A stretch of 41,675 bases of DNA from an uncultured Candidatus Bathyarchaeia archaeon. GTDB lineage: Archaea; Thermoproteota; Bathyarchaeia; Bathyarchaeales; B24-2. Made by a program: the position numbers and the translations under genes. Shown piece by piece: positions 1-8,668 of the stretch. The number at the start of each line of letters is the position of its first letter. Position 1 is the stretch's first letter. A model generated the notes under the pieces. The model was not told the origin of the DNA and made no database searches. It saw only the letters and a list, made by a program, of their open reading frames with translations. The DNA lies in assembly GCA_964627655.1 (NCBI GenBank), contig CAZVJZ010000001.1, forward strand, positions 1-41,675, written 5' to 3'.

Positions 1-2
1 AG

Positions 3-383
3 TTTCTGAGCGACGATCAGGTCTTCTGTTGGGTTAAGATAGCTGATAGCGTAGATCGGGATAAGGTAGAGTGGCTGTTCAAAGGTCCAAACGGTATAGA
101 GCGCTCCATCCCATACAGGGAAGAGTGGAGCGGTGAAGACTACTGTTATGCGATGTTGGATTTAAGCGAGTATGAAGCAAGGGAGGTAGTCGGAGACTGG
201 AAGGTAACCCTATACATGAACGGGAGAGAAGTCTTCACAGAGGAGTTTACGGTCGAACCCCTTGGGGGGCTGGTTTGGTGGGGCCCTATGGTAGGCCTCC
301 TTCTGATCCTTATCGCAGCGGTCGCTATGGCTCTGCTTTTTAAGCGGGCTAGAGTTAAACGTATCGAAAGAGATTCTGTGTAA
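3..383 (+). CDS. 3' part of a membrane-anchored hypothetical protein; the 5' end lies outside the window
   Basis: Frame 3 is open from the window edge (FLSDDQVFCWVKIADSVDRDKVEWLFKGPNG...) into the tracked ORF 153..383. The C-terminal hydrophobic helix GPMVGLLLILIAAVAMALLF is followed by the basic tail KRARVKR, the layout of a C-terminally anchored surface protein. Confidence 0.5.
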   Translation, partial: FLSDDQVFCWVKIADSVDRDKVEWLFKGPNGIERSIPYREEWSGEDYCYAMLDLSEYEAREVVGDWKVTLYMNGREVFTEEFTVEPLGGLVWWGPMVGLLLILIAAVAMALLFKRARVKRIERDSV

Positions 384-578
384 CGGGAATCTGATGGCTG
401 GATTCTTCGAGACGAGTACTGTGGGGCTCTGCGAACTTTTATGGATCCCTTTTATTTTTCCTAGGTTAGGGTAGTGTGAAAGTCTTCGGTTACTTTATGT
501 CGATCGGATACTATGCGATCTTTCAGCTACACCAGAAAATTTAATAAGTTAAGTGCGCTGTGTTAATTAGTTAGGTGT

Positions 579-779
579 GTGGTCGGTGATGTCCAGCCAA
601 TTTCACGTCCACGAAGAGTATCCCTAAAGAAGACGGTGATCTATAGAGCAGTCGTCGACCCTGTAGCCGTCGCTATAACCTATCTCCTAACCGGACAATT
701 CTCGAACTCCATCTTCGCCGTAGTTTTGATAGAAGCTTTCTCGACGGTCTTCTATTATCTTCTAGACAGAGTGATGTAA
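579..779 (+). CDS. Small two-helix membrane protein, DUF2061-like
   Basis: 66-aa ORF with a GTG start. KKTVIYRAVVDPVAVAITYLLTG...IEAFSTVFYYLLDRV resembles, from memory, the DUF2061 pattern (K.i.wR......t..i.y..tG.....ve...k...YylhER.W). An A/T-rich box (aaaatttaataag) lies upstream. Confidence 0.45.
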   Translation: MVGDVQPISRPRRVSLKKTVIYRAVVDPVAVAITYLLTGQFSNSIFAVVLIEAFSTVFYYLLDRVM

Positions 780-845
780 ACGAAAAACACTGCACACCCT
801 ATTTTTTACTCGCATCTTTAAATGGAGGGTGCTCTATCTGCGGCT

Positions 846-1655
846 TTACGTGAGCCTGATCTCTTCGATGCTTACCCCTTTCACTTTACGGAGGAGAGCC
901 ATGGAAACGGCCGTTAAAACTAAGATGTACGTCAGTAACGAGAGCCACGCCAGGTTCAGGTTTACGAAGGTTCTGTGTCCAGCCATAAAGTAGTTTCCTG
1001 TAGGTGGAATCTCGCTACAGAAATAATAGTACATTAGTGAGGCTAGAACGTTGAAGGGTGAAAGGTAGATGGCTGAGTTAAAGTCTATCCAGAGAGCGGA
1101 GTACGTGACGAAGGCGAAGATGAGAGGAAGCGACGACAGGAAGTTGGCAAACCTGAAAGCTCTTAAAGCTATTATCAGCAACCCTAACGTCACAGACAGA
1201 ACGTATATTAGAATAGTGCCTAGTAAGGTCACGAAGGCTAAGCCTACAGGGTTATCGACAGGTATGGGAAAACCGAACCTAGAAGAAAACACGAGGCCTG
1301 TCGAGAGAAACAGTATTCCGGAAACTATCAGTAGGGTGAAAACCGAGGAGACGAGGTTTTCGATGAGAAAGCGGGCGGAAGAGAGCGAAGTATATTTGGT
1401 TACGAAGCGTAGAGACCGAGAAGCGTAGAGGATGGAGTTTACTAGAGCCATCGCCACCGAGGAGATAGAGATCGTTAAGAGGTTGCTGTAGGCTGCCGCC
1501 GTATATCCCTGAATGACTGAAGCATCAGAGGGTAACCAGGAACCGAAGACGTAGGCCCACATGAAGACCCAGAACTCGATGAAGAGGATGGCCCAGAAGA
1601 TGAGATGCGGATTTTTGAGAGTTACTTTCAAGTTCATCCAGAGATACTTCGTCAT
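846..1655 (-). CDS. ABC-2 type transporter permease, multi-pass membrane protein
   Basis: 269-aa ORF with about six hydrophobic helices. It starts 6 nt downstream of the ABC ATPase gene on the same strand, an operon arrangement. Confidence 0.6.
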   Translation of the reverse strand: MTKYLWMNLKVTLKNPHLIFWAILFIEFWVFMWAYVFGSWLPSDASVIQGYTAAAYSNLLTISISSVAMALVNSILYASRSLRFVTKYTSLSSARFLIENLVSSVFTLLIVSGILFLSTGLVFSSRFGFPIPVDNPVGLAFVTLLGTILIYVLSVTLGLLIIALRAFRFANFLSSLPLIFAFVTYSALWIDFNSAIYLSPFNVLASLMYYYFCSEIPPTGNYFMAGHRTFVNLNLAWLSLLTYILVLTAVSMALLRKVKGVSIEEIRLT

Positions 1656-1661
1656 CCTGTA

Positions 1662-2462
1662 TCACATCTCCGCTTCATTCAGCTCATAGATCTTATCTAG
1701 GTTTTCTATATCAAGTATGGGAAGCCCTTTAGGCTCGGTCGTTATACTAACGGTCTTTCCTGATACGCTGAGCTTAAGCAGAGCGCCCTCCAGGTCACCC
1801 ATATAGAGGTATGCGTCTAGAAGGTTCTTAACTACGATCGGCCCGTACATCAAGCCTTCAAACATAAAGCTCGCCTCCCAGTCCATAAGCCTCTTTATCA
1901 GCCAAGTTTCATGAGTGTTCACCAAGACTGTCCCGTCGTACCCTTTTAAGTGCCTTAGAAGCCTAGTCTTCTTAGCAGGGTCTAGCTGCTCGAAAGGCTC
2001 GTCCAGCAGGACGTGTTTAGCGCAGGCAGATAGGGCTAGAGCGTTACATACGACTTTCTTCTGTCCAGCCGACAGTTCATTCAACTTTCGCTTCGCCAGG
2101 AAGGTTCTATCTAAACCGAACTCTTCGACCAGTTCAAAGGCGAAGTTCAGGTCTCCCCCTGTCAGGTCCATGTAGAGGTGCATGAGGTCATATACGTTGA
2201 GGCGTAGTAGCTCATAGACTTCAGGAAGGTTCGTCGAAACAAGTCTAGACGTGGCGTGAATGTCTCCTATCGGCTTACCGTCTATGATTATCTCCCCGGA
2301 ACTTATAGTCGTTAGGCCGCATATAGACCTGAAGAGCGTGGACTTACCTGAGCCGTTAGGGCCAAGAATCAAGCATTTACCGTGTAGGATCGTGTTTACT
2401 CCTTTGAGGATAGGCTCCCGTCTCCATCCATAAGTCACGTATAGGTTTCTCACTTCGATCAA
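1662..2462 (-). CDS. ABC transporter ATP-binding protein
   Basis: Walker A GPNGSGKST, ABC signature LSAGQKK, Walker B VLLDEPFEQLD. Confidence 0.9.
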   Translation of the reverse strand: MIEVRNLYVTYGWRREPILKGVNTILHGKCLILGPNGSGKSTLFRSICGLTTISSGEIIIDGKPIGDIHATSRLVSTNLPEVYELLRLNVYDLMHLYMDLTGGDLNFAFELVEEFGLDRTFLAKRKLNELSAGQKKVVCNALALSACAKHVLLDEPFEQLDPAKKTRLLRHLKGYDGTVLVNTHETWLIKRLMDWEASFMFEGLMYGPIVVKNLLDAYLYMGDLEGALLKLSVSGKTVSITTEPKGLPILDIENLDKIYELNEAEM

Positions 2463-2542
2463 GACTTAAACCTCAGACTATAGGAAAACTAAGGGAGACC
2501 AGATTATGAGAAATATCTATTAGTAGCCGAATTTAAGATTTA

Positions 2543-2914
2543 TTGATTGACATGAGCGACAGCGAGTTAGAGGCTATAAGACGGAAGAAGCTTCGGGAGC
2601 TTATGAGGAAGTTGACATCTAAGAAGGAAGGGAGGGAGAGCTTAGACCCAGAGAAGATTTTAGGCAGAGTCTTTAGGGGCAGGGCTTGGGAGGTCTATAC
2701 AGCAGCCTGCTCTCAGTACCCGCAGGTCATGGAGAAGGTTAGAGACGCTCTCGTAAGGCTAGTCCTTGCCGGCAGACTCAACGAGATAAGCGGAGAACAG
2801 CTCTACCTCTTCCTTAGGAGACTGGGCTTAAGGGTTAGGCTGGAAACCAAGATTAAGGTTCTCGAGCACGGTAAACTTAAGTCTCTAGCCGATAAGTTGA
2901 GGGAAGAAATTTAG
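2543..2914 (+). CDS. PDCD5/TFAR19-like dsDNA-binding protein (archaeal MTH1615 family)
   Basis: N-terminal SELEAIRRKKLRELM and C-terminal GRLNEISGEQLYLFLRRL...ETKIKV match the dsDNA_bind (PDCD5) layout. The true start is probably ATG 2552 (MSDSELE...), not TTG 2543. Confidence 0.7.
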   Translation: MIDMSDSELEAIRRKKLRELMRKLTSKKEGRESLDPEKILGRVFRGRAWEVYTAACSQYPQVMEKVRDALVRLVLAGRLNEISGEQLYLFLRRLGLRVRLETKIKVLEHGKLKSLADKLREEI

Positions 2915-2924
2915 AGATAAGTTT

Positions 2925-3479
2925 TTAGCATATATAGTCACCGTCTGTCTTCTCAAAATCCTTTATCAAGACGAAGCCTTCCATATCTGAGTGTCCCTCG
3001 AAGCCTCGTAGGTTGAGGCCGTATTCAGGCCCGAGGAGAGCCTTCTCGGTGACCAGATGTTCTTCACCGAAGCATTCTCTACTGATCCTGTATACTAAAT
3101 CGTTGACCCTATACTCCTCCAAGTAGCCTAGACTGTGAAGGTACTCGTGAAGCAGGATAAGAAATATAGTAGAATTGAATTCTATGTCTGAGGATAGGGA
3201 GCGGGACATTGCTCTAAGTATCTTCCTGTTAACCACTATACCGTTAGTGCCGATTATGTGGTAAGCGAAAACCTTTAAGGGCAGGTCTCCGATATACAAC
3301 ATTAACCCTACCCTGCTTAAACCTAGAACCAGTTTAACGGCCTTCTTAACGACCGAGAATACGTCCTTAAAGCTTCTGGCTCTTTCGAGGTCTCTACGTA
3401 AGTCTTTCCTAACCTCAACAGGGAGCTTCCTACCCTCAACCTTCTTCAAAGCCCTTCGCTTTTTTAAAGAAGCTGCCAC
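2925..3479 (-). CDS. Hypothetical protein with an HExxH zinc-metallopeptidase motif and a basic N-terminus
   Basis: 184-aa ORF containing LILLHEYLHSLGY (HExxH) and the Lys/Arg-rich N-terminus MAASLKKRRALKKVEGRKLPVEVRKDLRRDLERAR. It lacks the Cys pattern of archaemetzincins. I do not recognise the family. Confidence 0.5.
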   Translation of the reverse strand: MAASLKKRRALKKVEGRKLPVEVRKDLRRDLERARSFKDVFSVVKKAVKLVLGLSRVGLMLYIGDLPLKVFAYHIIGTNGIVVNRKILRAMSRSLSSDIEFNSTIFLILLHEYLHSLGYLEEYRVNDLVYRISRECFGEEHLVTEKALLGPEYGLNLRGFEGHSDMEGFVLIKDFEKTDGDYIC

Positions 3480-3507
3480 AAATAAAAGGATATCACTACA
3501 CTACTCT

Positions 3508-3821
3508 TTATCTATTTATTTTATCTATGAGGTCCCAGTAGTTTATCACTTTCCTGTTAGCTGGGCAGTCCACTATCGGTTCGAATTCACCGCCTCCAAG
3601 AAGCAGAGTTACCTAGCCTTTCACTTGCTGCATATACGCTTGAGACTAAAACCTGTAAAGTCGAAGCTTGTAATGTACACGTTGCTGTCGACTTCAGGTA
3701 GCCGTCGGTTTTGGTGTAGGCGCCGAAGTAGGTGGGACAGGCCTAGTCAGGTAGTATGCGACTCCTCCTATAACGGCGGCGATGTATCTACGGCACTAAA
3801 CTGGCTAAAAGAAATTTTCAA
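3508..3821 (-). pseudogene. Possible decayed remnant of a membrane-anchored secreted (solute-binding-like) protein, broken into at least three frames
   Basis: Minus-strand pieces read by eye: (TTG 3821) KISFSQFSAVDTS; then after a frame shift CRRYIAAVIGGVAYYLTRPVPPTSAPTPKPTAT*, a signal-anchor helix plus a Pro/Thr linker; then EVDSNVYITSFDFTGFSLKRICSK*; then VTLLLGGGEFEPIVDCPANRKVINYWDLIDKINR*, with its stop at 3508-3510. No single frame is intact. Confidence 0.25.
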
Positions 3822-4056
3822 AAAACCCAGTCCTTACCGAAAAAAGGATAGAGATAGTCTTTTTATGGTAATATACGGTTTGTTTCAGAATAAAGAAGCA
3901 AGTTAAAGTTTATTTCTTTAAAACTAGTTTGTTTTATCGTTGATTGCTTTAGGATGGCGGTGGAGAAGTTTTGAGAGACGATCAAGTCACCGAGTTTAAG
4001 CATCAGAAACGCCACGATGAACTCTGAGCGACAAAGAGAAGTGAAAACTTATTCTG

Positions 4057-4740
4057 ATGAAACGGTTTTTTTATTGTGAGGGAATCATGATGGATGAAAG
4101 AGGGAGGGTTCAAGAGATCATCAGGATCTTGGAGGAAGAATATCCAGACGCCAAGATAGCATTAAACTTCAGTAATCCATTCGAGCTTCTTGTAGCGGTT
4201 ATGCTCTCTGCACAGTGCACGGATGAGAGGGTGAACCAGGTAACCAAGACCCTCTTCAAGAAGTATAGGAAGCCTGAAGACTATGTTAAAGTCGATCTCG
4301 AGGAGTTGGAGAAGGATATAAAGCCTACAGGCTTCTATAAGAATAAGGCTAGAAACCTGAAAAAGTGTTGTAAGACTCTAATCGAGGAGTATAATTCAGA
4401 GGTTCCTAGAAGCCTAGAGGAGATGCTTAAGCTTCCAGGGGTAGGTAGGAAAACCGCTAACATGGTGTTATCGAACGCTTACGGTGTCGTGGAGGGTATA
4501 GCGGTAGACACCCATGTGAGGAGGGTTGCGAGGAGGCTGGGTCTAACAGAGAACACAGACCCAGAAAAGATAGAAAGAGACCTGATGGAGAAGATTCCTA
4601 GAGAGAAATGGGCTAGGATAACCGACCTACTAATCTTCCATGGTAGGAGAGTATGTAGCGCAAGGAAGCCTAAATGCTCGATCTGCGTATTAAATAAACT
4701 TTGTCCATCAGCCTTTAAAATCGAGCAGGGATCGGGATAG
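4057..4740 (+). CDS. nth: Endonuclease III (DNA-(apurinic or apyrimidinic site) lyase / glycosylase)
   Basis: HhH-GPD motif LPGVGRKTANMVL, catalytic region GIAVDTHVRRV, and the C-terminal 4Fe-4S cluster loop CSARKPKCSICVLNKLC. The probable true start is ATG 4087 (MMDERG...). Confidence 0.9.
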   Translation: MKRFFYCEGIMMDERGRVQEIIRILEEEYPDAKIALNFSNPFELLVAVMLSAQCTDERVNQVTKTLFKKYRKPEDYVKVDLEELEKDIKPTGFYKNKARNLKKCCKTLIEEYNSEVPRSLEEMLKLPGVGRKTANMVLSNAYGVVEGIAVDTHVRRVARRLGLTENTDPEKIERDLMEKIPREKWARITDLLIFHGRRVCSARKPKCSICVLNKLCPSAFKIEQGSG

Positions 4741-4765
4741 GCGACAAGTCTAGGGAAAACTTATC

Positions 4766-5863
4766 TTAAACCCTTAGGATCGCGGGATCCTTCCCGAGAT
4801 ACTCCGCCGCCGTAGTAACCTCGACTCCTACCTCTAGAGATTTCTCGTAGACCTCCCTAACCCTATCCTTGAAGCGTCTGTCTCTAAGCAAGTGGTGGTC
4901 ATAGATGACTAGACTCAAGTTCTCGGCCTCCTCGATTATCTTACATAGGTTTCTGACTGCACGTCTGAGGTTAATCAGGTTAAGCATGTAGGGGATCAGG
5001 TAGGTGCTAGGCCCGTCGAGTATCAGGATATCCGGATTCTCCTTGATTATCCATTCGGCCTGATCCTCGATCACAGGCCCCTCCAAGTCTGAGGTGTGAA
5101 TCAACTTTTCTCCACCTTTGAGTATGGTGGTCGCTATCACCCAGCCTACTCTCGCATATTCTATTCCATGAAAGAACGGTCTACTGAACCGCAGCTTAGT
5201 CTCTCCAAACACATACTCTTTACCGTCCGAAAACAAGACCCTACAGTTCTTCGACTTAAGTTCTGGGATGAGCTTCCACGAGTTCCATCTCTCAACCCTC
5301 TTCAGAAACCACTTTCTACCCTTCTCGAGGAGCTCCGTCTTTCTCTCAGCGTAATTCCCATAGCTCAGACTCCTCGCTTTAGGTAGAAGCTCCATGGGGT
5401 CAGGAAAGCTCTCAGCCTCCCTATACCGTTCGAGTTCCTCCAGTCTTCGACCTAATAGAGCCTCAGCGAACTCTCCATAAAGCTCTTCTGCCCTAAGCCT
5501 CTGCGAGTCGTTTATATATCTATTAGGGTCTTTAGCCAACACAATCTTCCCGTCGTAGATCCCCTCATCGAAACTCATGTAGTGGTCGTGATGGTAATGA
5601 GAAACAACTATTAGATCGGCTTCGCTGCAGGCAGCCTTTATCGCAGACCTCGCCTCAACCATCCACCTCAGCTTCTGCTCCCTGCTCGCCGGAAAGCTAG
5701 GCTGCATCACGGCTACACCGGGGTCTATAACGACTGAAACATCGGATGTCTTAACGAGGGTGCACATAGATTTGGCTCCGAGAGAGTCGAACCAGACGGG
5801 AGTGAAATCTATCTTCGGCATCCCTGCAACATCGGCCTCCCAGATCCCTCTAGAGCGCCTCAA
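4766..5863 (-). CDS. Metallo-beta-lactamase-fold hydrolase (archaeal COG2248-like), function unknown
   Basis: HxHxDH motif in LIVVSHYHHDHY, with further His/Asp ligand candidates downstream (HTSDLEG). The probable true start is MPKIDF... near 5821. Confidence 0.75.
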   Translation of the reverse strand: MRRSRGIWEADVAGMPKIDFTPVWFDSLGAKSMCTLVKTSDVSVVIDPGVAVMQPSFPASREQKLRWMVEARSAIKAACSEADLIVVSHYHHDHYMSFDEGIYDGKIVLAKDPNRYINDSQRLRAEELYGEFAEALLGRRLEELERYREAESFPDPMELLPKARSLSYGNYAERKTELLEKGRKWFLKRVERWNSWKLIPELKSKNCRVLFSDGKEYVFGETKLRFSRPFFHGIEYARVGWVIATTILKGGEKLIHTSDLEGPVIEDQAEWIIKENPDILILDGPSTYLIPYMLNLINLRRAVRNLCKIIEEAENLSLVIYDHHLLRDRRFKDRVREVYEKSLEVGVEVTTAAEYLGKDPAILRV

Positions 5864-5947
5864 CTAAAAGACTATGTACTCACAGGTAAAAAGGATGGAG
5901 AAAGGTTTTAAATAAAGCGATTGAAAGTAGAGTGGTGAACGCTTCGG

Positions 5948-6244
5948 ATGGTGTCTAACCTAATGGAAAGGAAGAAACTCTTGATCGTGGAGTATCCGGA
6001 CAATAGCAGCGTAGTCTATGAAGTTCCGAAGGAGGTCGAAGCGGTGGAGGAGGTGACGTCTGAGGTCATTGAGTACTGGAACCTCAAGTTACGCAACAAA
6101 GACGGCACTTATAGCTGGATAAGGATAAACTCTCCTTCTAGAGGCGACGAGATCGTTATACGAACCTTCGACAGAGCCTTAGAGTATAAGACGACGAGGG
6201 ATAAAGTCAAAAAGGACGAGGTCACGAGAAGCTGGGTGAAGTAG
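5948..6244 (+). CDS. Hypothetical 98-aa protein
   Basis: ORF only, no recognisable motif. Its stop TAG 6242-6244 lies 2 nt before the ATG of the next gene, which suggests co-translation. Confidence 0.4.
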   Translation: MVSNLMERKKLLIVEYPDNSSVVYEVPKEVEAVEEVTSEVIEYWNLKLRNKDGTYSWIRINSPSRGDEIVIRTFDRALEYKTTRDKVKKDEVTRSWVK

Positions 6245-6246
6245 CC

Positions 6247-7533
6247 ATGAAGCAATATGTGGGAGTGTGGACTAAGAAGGACGAGATGGTTCAAGCCGGC
6301 TACCGAGAAACCTTACAATTCTACGCTGAATGCGGGGTAACCTCTATAGTCGTGGGTTATGAGGGGGCACATCCAGAATACTATAAGGGACTCAAGCTAC
6401 CCCTACTCCAAAAGGAGGAAACTAAACCTACCCTAAAAGAGATATGCAGGATAGCAGAAGACGTAGGTGTAGAAGTAGAGGTGGTGATAGACCCTAAAAA
6501 CTCTGTTTTTGCAAGCAGATTCCCTGAAACCGCTATAACAGATGTGTTAGGAAACAAGAGCAAGCTCGTTCCATGCCCCTCAAACCCGGATATAATGGCC
6601 TACACTAAGGCTAGGATCAGAGACATACTCGAAAACTATGAGGAGATCACTGCCCTAGAGCTAGACGGCGTCTACATAGACATGCATCAGAGGATGACTA
6701 ACCGGAGGGTCGAGAAGGGTGCATTATACCCCCTACACCACCTAGTCCCTGAATCGTGTTTCTGTGAGCACTGCCGTAGACTAGCGGAGGAGGAGGGGTT
6801 AAACCTTAAGCGTATAGAGAAGACGGTTAAGGAGATAACCTTACGCTCGCTAGACATCTCGCTAGAGTCTTTCCATCAGGTCTACGACACGTTCACTGGT
6901 GGATACGATATAGTACGTTTCATACTGAACCATCCGGAGGTCGTAGACTGGTTAGAGTTCAGATGCAAAGTAGTCGCTAGAAGCCTAGAATCCATAAAGG
7001 AAGTCGTGAAGTCTATAGACCCAAATGTGAAGGTCTACCATGACATGCTTCCTCCGATATGGGCTTGGTCGATGGGACAGGACTACGCCGGGCAAAAACA
7101 CCTCTGCGACGGATATAAGATAATATTCTTCAACAAGCGAACAGGCTCCTACGAGATTAACCCACTCATAGCGATCAAAGATGAGGACCCTGAGATCCCA
7201 GACAGCGAGATAATGGAGGTCTTCAAACGCTTAACAGGTTATCAGGGAGGACTCTCCTTCGCCGAGTTCTCGCAGCAGGGGTTCCCACCAATCAACGTGT
7301 ACTATGAAGTTAGAAAGGCTAGGATAGAGGTTGGTTCAGACTACTTCTTGGTCGCAGGGATAGCTGGAGACCAGCCGGCTACACCCAACGACGTAGAAGA
7401 AGCCGTAACGATGGCGGCTAAGGGTGGAGCAGACGGCTTCTGCCTACATACATGGTACGGAAGAACTACGCCGTCGAACTATGCAGCCTTCGGGAATAAG
7501 GGACGTGAACTAGCTAAGCATATACAAAAATAG
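6247..7533 (+). CDS. Hypothetical TIM-barrel protein, glycosyl-hydrolase-like (GHL10/DUF187-like)
   Basis: 428-aa ORF. VPCPSNPDIMAYTKARIRDILENYEEITALELDGVYID resembles, from memory, the GHL10 signature (lCpsnPevr.y......E...nY..DGihlD). It also carries an unusual Cys/His cluster, ESCFCEHCRR (nt 6756-6773). Confidence 0.55.
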   Translation: MKQYVGVWTKKDEMVQAGYRETLQFYAECGVTSIVVGYEGAHPEYYKGLKLPLLQKEETKPTLKEICRIAEDVGVEVEVVIDPKNSVFASRFPETAITDVLGNKSKLVPCPSNPDIMAYTKARIRDILENYEEITALELDGVYIDMHQRMTNRRVEKGALYPLHHLVPESCFCEHCRRLAEEEGLNLKRIEKTVKEITLRSLDISLESFHQVYDTFTGGYDIVRFILNHPEVVDWLEFRCKVVARSLESIKEVVKSIDPNVKVYHDMLPPIWAWSMGQDYAGQKHLCDGYKIIFFNKRTGSYEINPLIAIKDEDPEIPDSEIMEVFKRLTGYQGGLSFAEFSQQGFPPINVYYEVRKARIEVGSDYFLVAGIAGDQPATPNDVEEAVTMAAKGGADGFCLHTWYGRTTPSNYAAFGNKGRELAKHIQK

Positions 7534-7549
7534 AAGGGGAAGAAAGAGC

Positions 7550-8662
7550 CTAAAGCTCCCCTGAGACAGCTTTTTCGAGCTTCTCCTCGTCCAGCTCTAG
7601 GCCTAAACCTGGTTTATCTGGAACCTCGAGGAAGCCGTCGACATACTTGTAGCCTTCCTTAACCACATCGTAGGTATAGTAAAGCGGCCCCACCAGCTCA
7701 CATTCGTAGCTAACGTTCTTCGTCGCAACCGCGAAGTGTGCACCAGCAGCCGTGCCTGACCATATTTCAAGCATACTTCCGACCATGCATGGAAAGTCTG
7801 CGGCTTCGGCGAAGGCTGCTATCTTACTGGACACTCTGAGACCTCCTACCTTGCCGACCTTGAGGTTGATTATGTCCGCGGCATTCCTTCGGATTATGGA
7901 GACTGCGTCATGCATCGAGAAGATGCTTTCGTCCGCTAAGATCGGAGTGTTCACGCTTCTGGTTACCTTAGCCATCCCGTCTATATCCCAGTATGGTACA
8001 GGCTGCTCCACATACTGTAGGTCTAGGTTCATCCTTTCCATCTTCTTTATGACTTGGATGGCTACTTCTGGGCTGTAAGCTTGGTTGGCGTCCGCCCTTA
8101 TCTCTACTTTATCTCCTACGGCCTCCCTTATCGCCTTTATGCGTTCGATATCCGTCTTTGGGTCGAGGCCTATCTTAGCCTTCAGGCATCTATATCCCTT
8201 CTTAACATACTCGACGGCTTCCTTAGCCATCTCTTCCGGGCTCTTCATCCCCATAGCCCAGCAGATAGGCACCTTCTCACGGTATTTTCCTCCGAGAAGC
8301 TTGTAAACGGGCACTCCTAGGATCTTGCCGAGAAGGTCATGCAGCGCGAAGTCCACCGCAGACTTCGCTAGGTGGTTAGCTTTAACGGCTGCGTCCATCC
8401 TCTTTATTAGCTTCTCTATGTCGAAGGGGTCTTGACCTATGAGCGCCGGTGCTAGACGTTCCTTGGTTATGGCTAGACACGTCGCTCCGCTTTCACCTGC
8501 AAACTCAGGTAGTGGACCTATCTCGCCTACGCCTACGTATCCGTCGTCTGTTTCAACCTTAACTACCATATGGTCTTTACTTCTAACCTCAGCTAGGAAT
8601 ATCCTGAACGGCTTGACAAGCGGCACTTTAAACACGTATGGCTCAACCTTCACTATCTTCAA
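7550..8662 (-). CDS. Enolase-superfamily enzyme, MLE subgroup (dipeptide epimerase / N-acylamino-acid racemase / cycloisomerase-like), paralog A
   Basis: KxK motif CLKAKIG; metal ligands RADANQAY (D), YVEQP (E), LADES (D); second catalytic Lys in INLKVGKVGG. The overall layout is an N-terminal capping domain plus a barrel. Confidence 0.85.
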   Translation of the reverse strand: MKIVKVEPYVFKVPLVKPFRIFLAEVRSKDHMVVKVETDDGYVGVGEIGPLPEFAGESGATCLAITKERLAPALIGQDPFDIEKLIKRMDAAVKANHLAKSAVDFALHDLLGKILGVPVYKLLGGKYREKVPICWAMGMKSPEEMAKEAVEYVKKGYRCLKAKIGLDPKTDIERIKAIREAVGDKVEIRADANQAYSPEVAIQVIKKMERMNLDLQYVEQPVPYWDIDGMAKVTRSVNTPILADESIFSMHDAVSIIRRNAADIINLKVGKVGGLRVSSKIAAFAEAADFPCMVGSMLEIWSGTAAGAHFAVATKNVSYECELVGPLYYTYDVVKEGYKYVDGFLEVPDKPGLGLELDEEKLEKAVSGEL

Positions 8663-8668
8663 CCTGAT

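Noticed and set aside
1069-1428. 119-aa plus-strand ORF inside the ABC permease gene, together with 1915-2175 inside the ABC ATPase gene
   Set aside because: They are fully nested antisense to genes with strong evidence (transmembrane-helix pattern, Walker motifs). Their sequences are low-complexity and charged, typical of shadow ORFs.
3578-3586. ggttcgaat, a tRNA T-loop-like string that suggested a tRNA gene in the spacer
   Set aside because: The flanking bases (atcgg / tcacc) cannot form a T-stem. No acceptor or anticodon arms can be drawn. The same bases read as GGGEFEPIV in a protein-like minus-strand fragment.
3625-3906. Tracked 93-aa plus-strand ORF in the long spacer upstream of nth
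   Set aside because: Its composition is implausible (runs of Arg/Ser/Cys/Trp, RRFWCRRRSRWDRPS). It has no motif and no SD or promoter context. It lies antisense to protein-like fragments on the minus strand, so it is most likely a shadow ORF.
4014-4060. CGATGA...CTGA...CTGATGA strings resembling C/D-box sRNA elements just upstream of nth
   Set aside because: The first box is not RUGAUGA. The CUGA follows after only 3 nt, so there is no room for a guide. The second UGAUGA overlaps the tracked nth start codon. The spacing is incompatible with a C/D sRNA.
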